A DNA stretch of 62,364 nucleotides. It comes from Coriobacteriia bacterium (GTDB taxonomy: Bacteria; Actinomycetota; Coriobacteriia; Anaerosomatales; JAAXUF01). Under the pieces are notes generated by a model. The model was not told where the DNA came from. It saw only the letters and a program-made list of their open reading frames with translations, and ran no database searches. Location of the stretch: assembly GCA_031292615.1 (NCBI GenBank), contig JARLGT010000122.1, positions 1 to 62,364 of the forward strand, written 5' to 3'. This document shows, in pieces, positions 48,565 to 56,896 of this stretch (within the stretch, counting starts at the first letter, position 1; each line of letters begins with the position of its first letter). Both the position numbers and the translations under genes were made by a program.

Positions 48565-48945
48565 ATGAGTAGCACAGTCGCAGCACGCAGCACCCGATTC
48601 AACACCGACACTCGCGCTGCCCGCCACGCAGGCCGCAAGCACGCGCGCGCTGTTGCGTGGGCAGAGATCGTTGCGCTCGTCTTGATCGCAGTCGCGCTCA
48701 TCATGGCCACGGTGCTGACCGCGCGCCACTCGAGCCGCGCCGTGGCCAGCGAGCGCATGCGTGTCGAGAGCGGACAGACGCTCTGGGCGCTGGCCGCGCA
48801 GCACCCTGTAGCCGGCCTGACCACCGAGCAGACCGCCGGGCTGATCGCGAGCCTGAACCACATCAGCGATGGGCGCGTCGCGAGCGGCACGACCATCTAC
48901 GTACCGGCGCAGCACACCGCAAACCTGGCAGTTGCCTGCCGCTAG
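48565..48945 (+). CDS. LysM-domain membrane protein, SOS-regulated (YneA/ChiZ-like candidate division inhibitor)
   Basis: AGGGGAG precedes the ATG. Basic N-terminus, one TM helix (IVALVLIAVALIMATVL), C-terminal LysM-like segment (VESGQTLWALA...GTTIYVP). Divergent from lexA behind two perfect SOS boxes. Confidence 0.75.
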   Translation: MSSTVAARSTRFNTDTRAARHAGRKHARAVAWAEIVALVLIAVALIMATVLTARHSSRAVASERMRVESGQTLWALAAQHPVAGLTTEQTAGLIASLNHISDGRVASGTTIYVPAQHTANLAVACR

Positions 48946-48964
48946 CGAGTCCCAAGAAGCGCGC

Positions 48965-49007
48965 AGATAACCCCGCTACGTTCCTGACCGCGGGGTTATC
49001 TGTGTTT
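48965..49007 (+). terminator. Intrinsic terminator after the LysM gene
   Basis: AGATAACCCCG / CGGGGTTATCT 11-bp stem followed by GTGTTTC. Confidence 0.75.
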
Positions 49008-49050
49008 CAAGCATGCAATTCGACGCCCTCCTGACACAATTGCCGTTGTG

Positions 49051-49066
49051 ACCCTATATCTAGTGT
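49051..49066. promoter_or_regulatory. NrdR-box-like palindrome ACCCTATATCTAGTGT
   Basis: 14 of 16 matches to the remembered NrdR box consensus acaCwAtATaTwGtgt. AT-rich island upstream of nrdR. Confidence 0.55.
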
Positions 49067-49081
49067 GTTAACTTTCAAGTT

Positions 49082-49097
49082 AACCTAGATGTAGGGG
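49082..49097. promoter_or_regulatory. Second, weaker NrdR-box-like site AACCTAGATGTAGGGG
   Basis: About 10 of 16 matches. Centre lies 31 bp from box 1, the spacing typical of tandem NrdR boxes. Overlaps the nrdR RBS. Confidence 0.35.
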
Positions 49098-49102
49098 TGG
49101 AG

Positions 49103-49549
49103 ATGCGCTGTCCGTTCTGTGGCCATGACGAGACGAAGGTTGTCGATTCGCGCGTTTCGGAGTCTCAGGACGCTATTCGACGCCGACGCGAGTGTCTGAA
49201 GTGCGCGGAGCGTTTCACGACCTACGAGCGGCGCGAAGAGATGCCGCTGATGGTCGTCAAGAAGACGGGCGAGGTCGAACCGTTCGACCACGGAAAGCTG
49301 CTCCGAGGCCTGATGGTCGCCACCGCCAAGCGCAACGTCTCAGTCGAGCGCCTCGAGGCGCTGATCAACGACATCGAGTCGGAGTTGCACAACACGTTTC
49401 GCTATGAGGTCGACAGTAGCCTGGTCGGCGACATGGTCCTGAGGCGCCTGCGCGACATAGACAAGGTCGCCTACGTGCGCTTCGCCTCTGTCTACAAGGA
49501 GTTCCAAGATCTCGACGAGTTCACTTCCGAGCTCAAGAACCTGAGCTAG
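49103..49549 (+). CDS. nrdR: Transcriptional repressor NrdR
   Basis: MRCPFCGHDETKVVDSR...CLKCAERFTTYE zinc ribbon followed by an ATP-cone. The canonical start is ATG 49103; the track starts at GTG 49097. Confidence 0.95.
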   Translation: MRCPFCGHDETKVVDSRVSESQDAIRRRRECLKCAERFTTYERREEMPLMVVKKTGEVEPFDHGKLLRGLMVATAKRNVSVERLEALINDIESELHNTFRYEVDSSLVGDMVLRRLRDIDKVAYVRFASVYKEFQDLDEFTSELKNLS

Positions 49550-49616
49550 CACCACTCAGCTTGTTCCGACGCGCGCGGCATGAGGGGCCTCATCGCCGGG
49601 AGAGGGGTTTGGGTCG

Positions 49617-50378
49617 TTGATCGTGCACGTGCCGTCACGCGTGGCCACCAAGGACGCTTTGTCGTTTCCGACATCGCCGAGCAGTGAACCCACCGGCATC
49701 GCCGCAACGGTATCCGACTCCCGACCCAACTGGCCCGGTCGTCGCGCCACCACGATTCTCCTCGGCGGGTGCAATCTCTCCTGCCCCTTCTGCTTCGATC
49801 CCGAGCACGTCGGCAGCAAGCGCGCCAACACGTCCGTCTCCCAAGTCGTCGAGCAGATCTCTCTTCGCGCTCCGACGCTCGATGGCGTTGTGATCAGTGG
49901 TGGCGAGCCGACAACGTGCGTGGCGCTCGGCTCACTGCTCCGTGCGCTCGCGGCAACCGGTCTGCCGGTGAAACTCGACACGAATGGAACCAACCCCGAC
50001 GTGCTCGAGGCTCTGATCGAAGCCGGACTCCTCGACTTCATCGCACTTGACGTGAAGACCACACCGGAGCGCTACGACAGACTTACGGGCGGGACGCGGG
50101 TGTGGGAGCGCGTCGAACGCTCTGTCGCGCTCCTCGCAAACGGCGAGGTGGACCACGAGTTCCGAACGACGTGCTACCCGTTTGCGCTTCCCTCGGCCGA
50201 CCTTCCGTCGCTGGCTGCCCGTCTGGCAGGCGGCAAGCGCTTCGCACTCCAGCAGTTCCAGCCTCGCCGTACGCTCGACCCGGCAGCCGCCACAGTGTCA
50301 CCGTACTCGGTCGATGAGCTGCGCCGTGTCGCCATTCGCTGTGCAGTTCACCTTCCAACTGTCGTTCGGGGAGTCTGA
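49617..50378 (+). CDS. nrdG: Radical SAM activating enzyme, anaerobic ribonucleotide reductase activase (NrdG2-type)-like
   Basis: CNLSCPFC cluster motif, [32 protein letters not shown] pattern. Start is uncertain (TTG 49617 or GTG 49623). Confidence 0.65.
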   Translation: MIVHVPSRVATKDALSFPTSPSSEPTGIAATVSDSRPNWPGRRATTILLGGCNLSCPFCFDPEHVGSKRANTSVSQVVEQISLRAPTLDGVVISGGEPTTCVALGSLLRALAATGLPVKLDTNGTNPDVLEALIEAGLLDFIALDVKTTPERYDRLTGGTRVWERVERSVALLANGEVDHEFRTTCYPFALPSADLPSLAARLAGGKRFALQQFQPRRTLDPAAATVSPYSVDELRRVAIRCAVHLPTVVRGV

Positions 50379-50380
50379 GA

Positions 50381-50815
50381 TTGCAGCTGCCGATCAAACG
50401 ACTCGACACAGGCCTCCCACTTCCGACCTACGCACACGATGGCGACGCCGGACTCGATCTACTTTCAGCCACTGACTGCACGATCGCGCCCGGCGCTCGC
50501 ATGCTGGTGCCCACAGGCGTCGCGGTCGCGATTCCCGACGGCTTCGCGGGCTTCGTCCAGCCGCGTAGCGGCCGCGCACTCAAAGACGGCCTGTCATTCG
50601 CCAATACACCGGGTCTTATCGACGCGCACTACCGGGGCGAGATCAAGGTGATCGCCGTCAACCTCGACGGCGAGACCCCAATCCGCATCTCGCGCGGCGA
50701 CAAGATTGCCCAGCTCGTCATCCAGCGTGTCGAGCGAGTGCAGCTCGCCGAGGTCGACGACCTTGGCGACACCACGCGGGGGGAGGGCGGCTTTGGCAGC
50801 ACGGGCCACAGATAA
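50381..50815 (+). CDS. dut: dUTP diphosphatase
   Basis: TTG after [25 protein letters not shown] and GFGSTG motifs. Confidence 0.93.
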   Translation: MQLPIKRLDTGLPLPTYAHDGDAGLDLLSATDCTIAPGARMLVPTGVAVAIPDGFAGFVQPRSGRALKDGLSFANTPGLIDAHYRGEIKVIAVNLDGETPIRISRGDKIAQLVIQRVERVQLAEVDDLGDTTRGEGGFGSTGHR

Positions 50816-51257
50816 GCCGCGCGTCCGCGTCGCGGCCCTCATGGTGCTCGACGGCCGCATCGTGCTGGTCCGACATCGCGCAGGGGCCTCCCGCTACCAT
50901 CTGCTTCCCGGAGGGGGAGTGGACTGGGGAGAGACGCTCGAGCAGGCCCTCACTCGCGAGATCGCCGAGGAGACCGGCCTGGAAGCGACAGTCGGCCGCC
51001 TGCTCTTCGTCAACGACACGATCGACCCAAGCGGCGGTCGCCACGTGGTCAACATCACGTTCGAGGCCGCAGTCACCGGCGGAGAGATCACCGCGACCCC
51101 GGCCGACCCTCGCGTAGAAGCAGTCGACCTTTTCGGCACCGACGAACTCGCGCAGCTCGATCTGCGTCCACCTATGGCCGCAGCGATTGCGGCTTGGTTG
51201 ACCGGAGTCACCCCAACATCGCCGTACTTGGGCTCGCTGTTTACACCCGGCGCGTAG
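50793..51257 (+). CDS. Nudix hydrolase
   Basis: Nudix box [23 protein letters not shown]. Proposed TTG 50793 lies 6 nt after GGAGG and overlaps the dut 3' end. ATG 50841 is the alternative start. Confidence 0.75.
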   Translation: MAARATDKPRVRVAALMVLDGRIVLVRHRAGASRYHLLPGGGVDWGETLEQALTREIAEETGLEATVGRLLFVNDTIDPSGGRHVVNITFEAAVTGGEITATPADPRVEAVDLFGTDELAQLDLRPPMAAAIAAWLTGVTPTSPYLGSLFTPGA

Positions 51258-51408
51258 GCAGTGAGCTTGTTGCTTGTCATAAGTCAGCCGAGCGTTCCAA
51301 GCTCTGGCCCGAGAGGAGTGTGGTGTAGAGCGAGAACCTGCCTCGACTCGTCTGTGAGTCGACTCGCGACAACGTTGCATTGCTCGTAATCAGAGGAAGG
51401 GCAAGTCT

Positions 51409-52797
51409 GTGGAATCCTTTTTCAAGTTCAAGGAGCGCGAAACCAACCTCAGGACCGAAGTCCTGGCCGGCGTCGTCACCTTCATGACGATGGCCTACAT
51501 CATCTTCGTCAACCCGGGTCTGCTCTCGGCGGCGTTTGGCACCACTCCTGCGGCTCAGGCCTCTTGGATTCCGGCGCTGGCGACCGCAACAACGCTTGGT
51601 GCGGCCATCATGTGCCTCGCAATGGGCTTCTTCGCGAACCGCCCGTTTGCGCTTGCCTCGGGCATGGGGCTGAACGCGGTCGTCGCCTTCAGCATCATCA
51701 TCGGCCTGAAGGTTCCGTGGCAGGTGGGCATGTCGGTTATCTTCGTCGAGGGCGTCATCATCACCCTCATCGTGCTCACGGGGCTGCGGGAAGCGGTCAT
51801 GAACGCGATTCCGCTGAACCTGAAGCGGGCAATCGGCGTCGGTATCGGCCTGTTCATCACGTTCATCGGCCTGGTCGACGGGAAGATTGTCGTCGCCAAT
51901 CCAGACACTCTCGTCTCGCTCGGCGACTTCACGAAGCCGGCCGTCTGGGTCACGCTCATCGGCCTGATCGCAATCATGGCGTTCATGGCGTTGAAGGTGA
52001 AGGGCGACATCCTGTGGGGAATCCTGGTCGCTACGGTCGCTGCGCTGCTTCTAGGCGTTACGAAGCTCCCGACAGGCATCGTGGCTCCGCTCGACTTTCG
52101 CACGTTTGGCGCGCCGTTCCAGACGGTCACTATGGCGTCCGGCGTGAAGGGCATCGCAGTGCTGCAGATCTTCACGGGTGCGCTCGCGCCAACGTTGCTT
52201 CTCTTTGTGTTCGCGACGATGCTCTCCGACTTCTTCGACACGATGGGCACCGTCCTGTCCATCGGCGAGCAGGCCGGCTTCGTGCAGCCTGACGGAAGCG
52301 TGCCGGGCATTCGCAGCATCCTGACCGTCGACTCGATCGCCGCGGCCGTCGGTGGCTTCTTCGGCGCATCCTCGATTACCACGTACATCGAATCCGCGTC
52401 GGGCGTGGCCGAAGGCGGACGCACCGGCCTGACGTCTATCGTGGTCGGCATCCTGTTCCTGGTCTCGGCGTTCTTCTCGCCGATCATCGCGATGGTCGGC
52501 GGCGCCCAGCCAATCACCGCCGGCGCGCTCATCATCGTTGGCTTCCTGATGATGGAGACCGTCCGCGAGATTCCGTGGACCGACTTCGAGAACGCGTTCC
52601 CGGCGTTCTTGACGATCGTCGGTATCCCGCTGACGTACAGCATCAGCTACGGCATCGGGCTCGGCTTCATTTGCTACTGCCTGATCAAGGTGTTCCATGG
52701 CAAGGCGAAGGAGATCCACTGGCTGATGTGGGTCGTCAGCGCGCTGTTCATCGTCACGTTCATCATGCCGCTCATCCAGAAGATGATCGGCGGCTAG
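51409..52797 (+). CDS. NCS2 family purine (adenine/guanine/hypoxanthine) permease, AzgA/PbuG-like
   Basis: GTG start. FKFKERETNLRTEVLAGVVTFMTMAYIIFVNP N-terminus. Polytopic, 462 aa. Confidence 0.85.
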   Translation: MESFFKFKERETNLRTEVLAGVVTFMTMAYIIFVNPGLLSAAFGTTPAAQASWIPALATATTLGAAIMCLAMGFFANRPFALASGMGLNAVVAFSIIIGLKVPWQVGMSVIFVEGVIITLIVLTGLREAVMNAIPLNLKRAIGVGIGLFITFIGLVDGKIVVANPDTLVSLGDFTKPAVWVTLIGLIAIMAFMALKVKGDILWGILVATVAALLLGVTKLPTGIVAPLDFRTFGAPFQTVTMASGVKGIAVLQIFTGALAPTLLLFVFATMLSDFFDTMGTVLSIGEQAGFVQPDGSVPGIRSILTVDSIAAAVGGFFGASSITTYIESASGVAEGGRTGLTSIVVGILFLVSAFFSPIIAMVGGAQPITAGALIIVGFLMMETVREIPWTDFENAFPAFLTIVGIPLTYSISYGIGLGFICYCLIKVFHGKAKEIHWLMWVVSALFIVTFIMPLIQKMIGG

Positions 52798-52809
52798 ACA
52801 CACAACATC

Positions 52810-52839
52810 GGCCGGCTCGGCCAACTCGCCGAGCCGGCC
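52810..52839 (+). terminator. Stem-loop between the two NCS2 permease genes
   Basis: 12-bp perfect stem GGCCGGCTCGGC / GCCGAGCCGGCC with loop CAACTC. No clear U-tract. Confidence 0.5.
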
Positions 52840-52864
52840 CGACTACTTACGAAGGAGGGTGTTA

Positions 52865-54211
52865 GTGGCAGCAGCGAAGGACGTCGTCCAGACTGACGAG
52901 ATTCTGCCTATAGGTCGCGCGATCCCGCTTGCGCTCCAGCACCTCATGGCCATGTTCGGTGCAACGGTGCTCGTGCCGTACCTGACCGGCCTTGACGTGG
53001 GCGTAGGCCTGATGACCTCGGGTATTGGCACGATCATCTATCTGATTTGCACGCGCAACAAGATTCCGAGCTACCTCGGCTCCAGCTTCGCGTTCATCAC
53101 GCCGCTCATTGCCGTTGGCGGCGGTGCGGCGGCTATCGCCGCAGGTCACGGGAACCTCCCAGCGGCACTGGGTGGCCTGGTCGCGGCGGGCTTCGTCTAC
53201 CTGATCGTGGCCGCCTTCGTGAAGGCGTTCGGTACCGGGTGGATCAACAAGCTCCTACCGCCGGCACTCGTGGGTTCGGTCGTCATCGTTATCGGTCTGG
53301 GCCTCTCGTCTACCGCGGTGAAGATGTGCCTTTACCCGCTCGCCGACCCGACCAAGCCGGTCAACCTGATCGGGATGCTCGTCGCGGCGATCACCCTGGG
53401 CGCTGCAATCGTCTTCTCTAGCTTCTTCAAGGGCTTCACCAAGGCGATCCCAATCTTGCTGGGCATCGTGGTTGGTTACATCGTCGCCATTCCGCTCGGT
53501 TTGGTGGACTTCAGTGCGGTGGGGGCAGCCGCTTGGATCGGCCTGCCGCATCTGACGTTTCCGACGTTCGACCTCAACGCGATTCTTATCATCGCACCGG
53601 TCGCCATCGTGGTCATCGTCGAGCACATCGGGCACCTGCTCGTAATCAACGAGATCACCGGCAAGGACTTCACGCCGATGCTGCCCGAGTCGCTCATGGG
53701 CGACGGTTTCGCAACAATCTTGTCTGGCGCCGTAGGCGGCACTCCGTCGACCACATACGCCGAGAACATCGGCGTCATGGCGGTCACAAAGGTATACGCG
53801 ACGCAGGTGTTTTGGTATGCGGGCGCGTTCGCGTTCATCATCGGCGGATTCATCCCCAAGGTGAACGCAGCGATTCACTCCATCCCGATCCCGGTCATGG
53901 GCGGAATCTCGCTGCTTCTCTATGGCCTGATCGCCGCTAGCGGCCTGCGCCTGCTGGTCAAGAGTGGCATCGATTTCGGGCACAGCCGCAACCTGATTCT
54001 GGCCAGCGTCGTGCTCGTGGTCGGCATCGGAATGGACACCGGCGGCTTCACGATTCCGCTGGGTCACTACTCGATCCCCGGCATGGAGCTCGCCACCATT
54101 CTCGGCATCTTCCTCAACGCCGTGCTCCCGCAGGAGAGTGAAGGACTGGCAGTCGACTCGCCAGGCTTCGACGCGGAGCTCCAGGCTGAGGCAGCCGAGG
54201 CTTCGAACTAG
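52865..54211 (+). CDS. NCS2 family uracil/xanthine permease
   Basis: AAGGAGGG then GTG 52865 (the track uses GTG 52859). LALQHLMAMFGATVLVPYLTG and ENIGVMAVTKV motifs. Confidence 0.85.
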   Translation: MAAAKDVVQTDEILPIGRAIPLALQHLMAMFGATVLVPYLTGLDVGVGLMTSGIGTIIYLICTRNKIPSYLGSSFAFITPLIAVGGGAAAIAAGHGNLPAALGGLVAAGFVYLIVAAFVKAFGTGWINKLLPPALVGSVVIVIGLGLSSTAVKMCLYPLADPTKPVNLIGMLVAAITLGAAIVFSSFFKGFTKAIPILLGIVVGYIVAIPLGLVDFSAVGAAAWIGLPHLTFPTFDLNAILIIAPVAIVVIVEHIGHLLVINEITGKDFTPMLPESLMGDGFATILSGAVGGTPSTTYAENIGVMAVTKVYATQVFWYAGAFAFIIGGFIPKVNAAIHSIPIPVMGGISLLLYGLIAASGLRLLVKSGIDFGHSRNLILASVVLVVGIGMDTGGFTIPLGHYSIPGMELATILGIFLNAVLPQESEGLAVDSPGFDAELQAEAAEASN

Positions 54212-54400
54212 CTGCTCACACACCGAAGCGGTGTCACCGACGGCCCCGGGCTGCGATAACGCGGTCCGGGGCCGCCTCGATGGCGTATACGAATGGTAAG
54301 GTTATGCCTCGGCAACGTGGTGGTGGGTGGCACAAGCGTTGCACCTGTAAGGCCTGCCATCCGACCGGACTCCACCCACGCATCGCGAAATGGGAGACGA

Positions 54401-55402
54401 ATGCCCGAGGACTCCAGAGTGCAACTCCGCCGTCAGAAGCGTCGTCGGTCCAGTCGCGGCGCGCTCGTCGCGGGAGGGATAGCTGCGGTCGTGGTCGTTG
54501 CCGTCCTCGCAGGCGCTGCCTGGTGGCTGACTGGACGTGGTGGAGCAGCAGCCCGGCAACCGTTGCCCGTGGCTGCCACGTCCGGTAGTGCTTCGACATC
54601 TACCGCTGCTCGAACGACGCGACCCTCTGATAAGGCTGCCAACAGCAGCACGGCGACTTCAGCCGCCGCCAGCGTCGATGCCGCGTCTACCGCGGTGTCT
54701 CCGGAGACGGCTGCTGCGGCCAAGGCAAGCGACAGCGCAACGGCGAAGGCGGCGCAGCAGTATCCCGGTGCTCCCGCAGTCGCGATCCAGCCTTCGGTCA
54801 ACCAGCTCAAGCCTCATCACAAGTACATCGCGCTCACTCTGGACGACGGCTACAACTTCCAGCCAGACATGCTCGCGTTCCTCAAGCAGCACGACATTCG
54901 CTGCACGACCTTCCTGGTCGGCTCGTGGGCCGCATCTCACAAGGCCGACCTCAAACTAATGCGCGACGCCGGCTTCGAGATCGGCAACCATTCGTGGACC
55001 CATCCGTTCCTCACCCGGATGTCCGCCAGCCAGATTCAAAGCGAGCTATCCCGCACTCAGCAGGTCATATCCTCGGTCACTGGCAACCAGGCGCCGTATC
55101 TCAGGCCGCCATTCGGCGACACAAACCCCAAAGTGAAGGCAGCTGCGGCAGCTCTAGGCTACCGAATCGTCATGTGGGATAGGACGTTCGGCGACTCAGG
55201 CCGAGGCGCCACGCCCAAGAAGCTCTACGCCAACGTGGTCACAAGCAACGGGGGCGTGCAGCCGGGAGACGTGATTCTGTGCCATTGGGGCTCGAAGCCG
55301 TCGTTCGAAGCGCTCAAGCAGATCGTGCCGGACCTGCAGGCACAAGGCTTCCAGTTCGTGACGATCTCGGAGCTGATCGCCGACTCCAAGCCCGCGAAGT
55401 AG
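54401..55402 (+). CDS. Membrane-anchored polysaccharide deacetylase (NodB homology domain)
   Basis: ATG 54401 after GGGAGA. TM helix, Ala/Ser/Thr linker, then NodB motifs LTLDDGYN, HSWTHP and LRPPFG. Confidence 0.88.
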   Translation: MPEDSRVQLRRQKRRRSSRGALVAGGIAAVVVVAVLAGAAWWLTGRGGAAARQPLPVAATSGSASTSTAARTTRPSDKAANSSTATSAAASVDAASTAVSPETAAAAKASDSATAKAAQQYPGAPAVAIQPSVNQLKPHHKYIALTLDDGYNFQPDMLAFLKQHDIRCTTFLVGSWAASHKADLKLMRDAGFEIGNHSWTHPFLTRMSASQIQSELSRTQQVISSVTGNQAPYLRPPFGDTNPKVKAAAAALGYRIVMWDRTFGDSGRGATPKKLYANVVTSNGGVQPGDVILCHWGSKPSFEALKQIVPDLQAQGFQFVTISELIADSKPAK

Positions 55403-55595
55403 CGCATCCATGCGCGCCACACAGGAGTGGCGCAGCAACCATGCCGCCGACAGACCGCCAGCTCAGGCCCTCTTTCCCTCGCGCCCATATGCGTGATAAT
55501 ACATCTTATGTCACTTAGCGATTTCGAGCCGCGACACCCTGGCAAGGATGGGTCTTTTCGCGTGGAAGACAGCGCAGTGTGGCGCCAGAGAAGCC

Positions 55596-55925
55596 CTACT
55601 CGACGCCGGTGTCGCCCAACTCGGCGCCGTCGACATACGCGAGCTCGAACTCTGACTTGGTCATGTCGACGAGATCCTCGTTGATTCGTTCGATCAGATC
55701 GCGCGCCTCGGACTGCGTCGCGCACGTCGCGATGCGCACGACGGTATCCGGATCGTCGAGCCGGACGGCCTCGACATGCCACAGCTCGACCTCGTCGCCG
55801 GGGTTCGGTGACGGCTGGCGGTACAGGATGTCGTCGTGCCACTCGAGGTCGAAGTTCTCGGTGGTGTCTAGGCGCGTCAGCCGCAGACGCCAGAACTCGT
55901 CGGCGTTTCCTATGACCCTGATCAC
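55596..55925 (-). CDS. Hypothetical acidic protein (109 aa)
   Basis: GTG start 7 nt after the SH3 gene stop. Strong GC3 bias. No recognisable motif. Confidence 0.6.
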   Translation of the reverse strand: MIRVIGNADEFWRLRLTRLDTTENFDLEWHDDILYRQPSPNPGDEVELWHVEAVRLDDPDTVVRIATCATQSEARDLIERINEDLVDMTKSEFELAYVDGAELGDTGVE

Positions 55926-55932
55926 CGCACGC

Positions 55933-56316
55933 CTACTTCTGCACCTGGACGTTGGCGGTGTTGTTCACGACGTAGCCCATCTTGCCGTCCTTCGAGTCCC
56001 GCAGCTGGAGCCAACCGCTCACGGTGGTACCCATCAGGATGAGCTGCTCGCCCTTCTTCAGAGTGCGTACGGCGGCGGCGCTGGCGGCAGGCGTCGTGTG
56101 CAAGACGACACCGTCAGTAAGCACGGCGACGGTCTTTCCTCCAACCACAGCGACGACCTGGGTGCTGTTGACGCTGCCCGAGGCCTCGGTGCTTGCGGTC
56201 TTCTTGACTCTCGAAGCGTTCTTGTACTCCCCGTACCAGCCATTGACCGTGACCAGCAACACGGCAATTACCGCAATGCCAATCAACGCCCTGACTATCT
56301 TGCCCAGTCCGCTCAC
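55933..56316 (-). CDS. Membrane-anchored bacterial SH3-domain protein
   Basis: GTGA overlap with the upstream gene. One TM helix. C-terminal SH3_3-like segment (VLHTTPAASAAAVRTLKKGEQLILMGTTVSGWLQLRDSKDGKMGYV). Confidence 0.7.
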   Translation of the reverse strand: MSGLGKIVRALIGIAVIAVLLVTVNGWYGEYKNASRVKKTASTEASGSVNSTQVVAVVGGKTVAVLTDGVVLHTTPAASAAAVRTLKKGEQLILMGTTVSGWLQLRDSKDGKMGYVVNNTANVQVQK

Positions 56317-56855
56317 AGATACAGCCCCCCACCGTAGACTGCAGAATCCTCAAGGCCACAAGCCTCACACACACTTTGAACTGCCGAGATGGCAGCTCGG
56401 TAGTATGTTTCCACAGCGTCAAGATCGATGCAGCCAAGTGCATCGAGAGCTGCCTCACCTCGCAGGTCATCCCCCACCCGACCTGCTTCCCTGCTGATGA
56501 GGAAGGCCGCGTCGGCAAGCGCCTCGGCTGCAGGAATCAGACGACCCGGCAGCGCGGTGATATCCAACTCTTCGGCAAGAAGGCGCGCTCGCGACGCGAC
56601 CTCGTGGAGCGCCCTGCGCTCGCTGGACTCCGGGTCGTCGGCGAAGATGCGCAACTCACGCTCGCTGCCCTCGGCAAGCCTACCGAGCGAGTCTCCAAGA
56701 GCCTGGCGCACGAAGTCGAGACCCTCTCGGCTGCGAATGAGCCGCAACAGGTAACGTCTCTCGGCGGCGCGAAACGCGAGGATGCCGGCGATCGTGGCAC
56801 CAGCCAACAGCACGACTACCCCAGCAGCTATCGCGATCCAAGCCCAAAGCGGCAT
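56313..56855 (-). CDS. Hypothetical membrane-anchored helical protein (180 aa)
   Basis: GAGAGGG precedes the ATG. N-terminal TM helix (WAWIAIAAGVVVLLAGATIAGILAF) followed by a helical Arg/Glu-rich domain. Lies 41 nt downstream of paaK. Confidence 0.65.
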   Translation of the reverse strand: MPLWAWIAIAAGVVVLLAGATIAGILAFRAAERRYLLRLIRSREGLDFVRQALGDSLGRLAEGSERELRIFADDPESSERRALHEVASRARLLAEELDITALPGRLIPAAEALADAAFLISREAGRVGDDLRGEAALDALGCIDLDAVETYYRAAISAVQSVCEACGLEDSAVYGGGLYL

Positions 56856-56896
56856 TGCGAACCCTCTCGTATCGAGCGCTCGGGCCCTCGTGTGAG

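Noticed and set aside
49617-50378. Radical SAM gene considered as the missing partner of the LigB-AMMECR1 fusion (AmmeMemoRadiSam system)
   Set aside because: It is only about 250 aa and carries the VKLDTNG/DVK/EFRTT pattern of NrdG2-type activases. It lies 6.5 kb away in the nrdR operon. AmmeMemoRadiSam radical-SAM proteins are larger and usually adjacent.
51258-51408. Possible purine riboswitch in front of the AzgA-like permease
   Set aside because: The conserved guanine/adenine riboswitch core strings (the U-rich J1/2, GGAUAUGG-like, CUACC and CCGUAAA-like elements) are absent.
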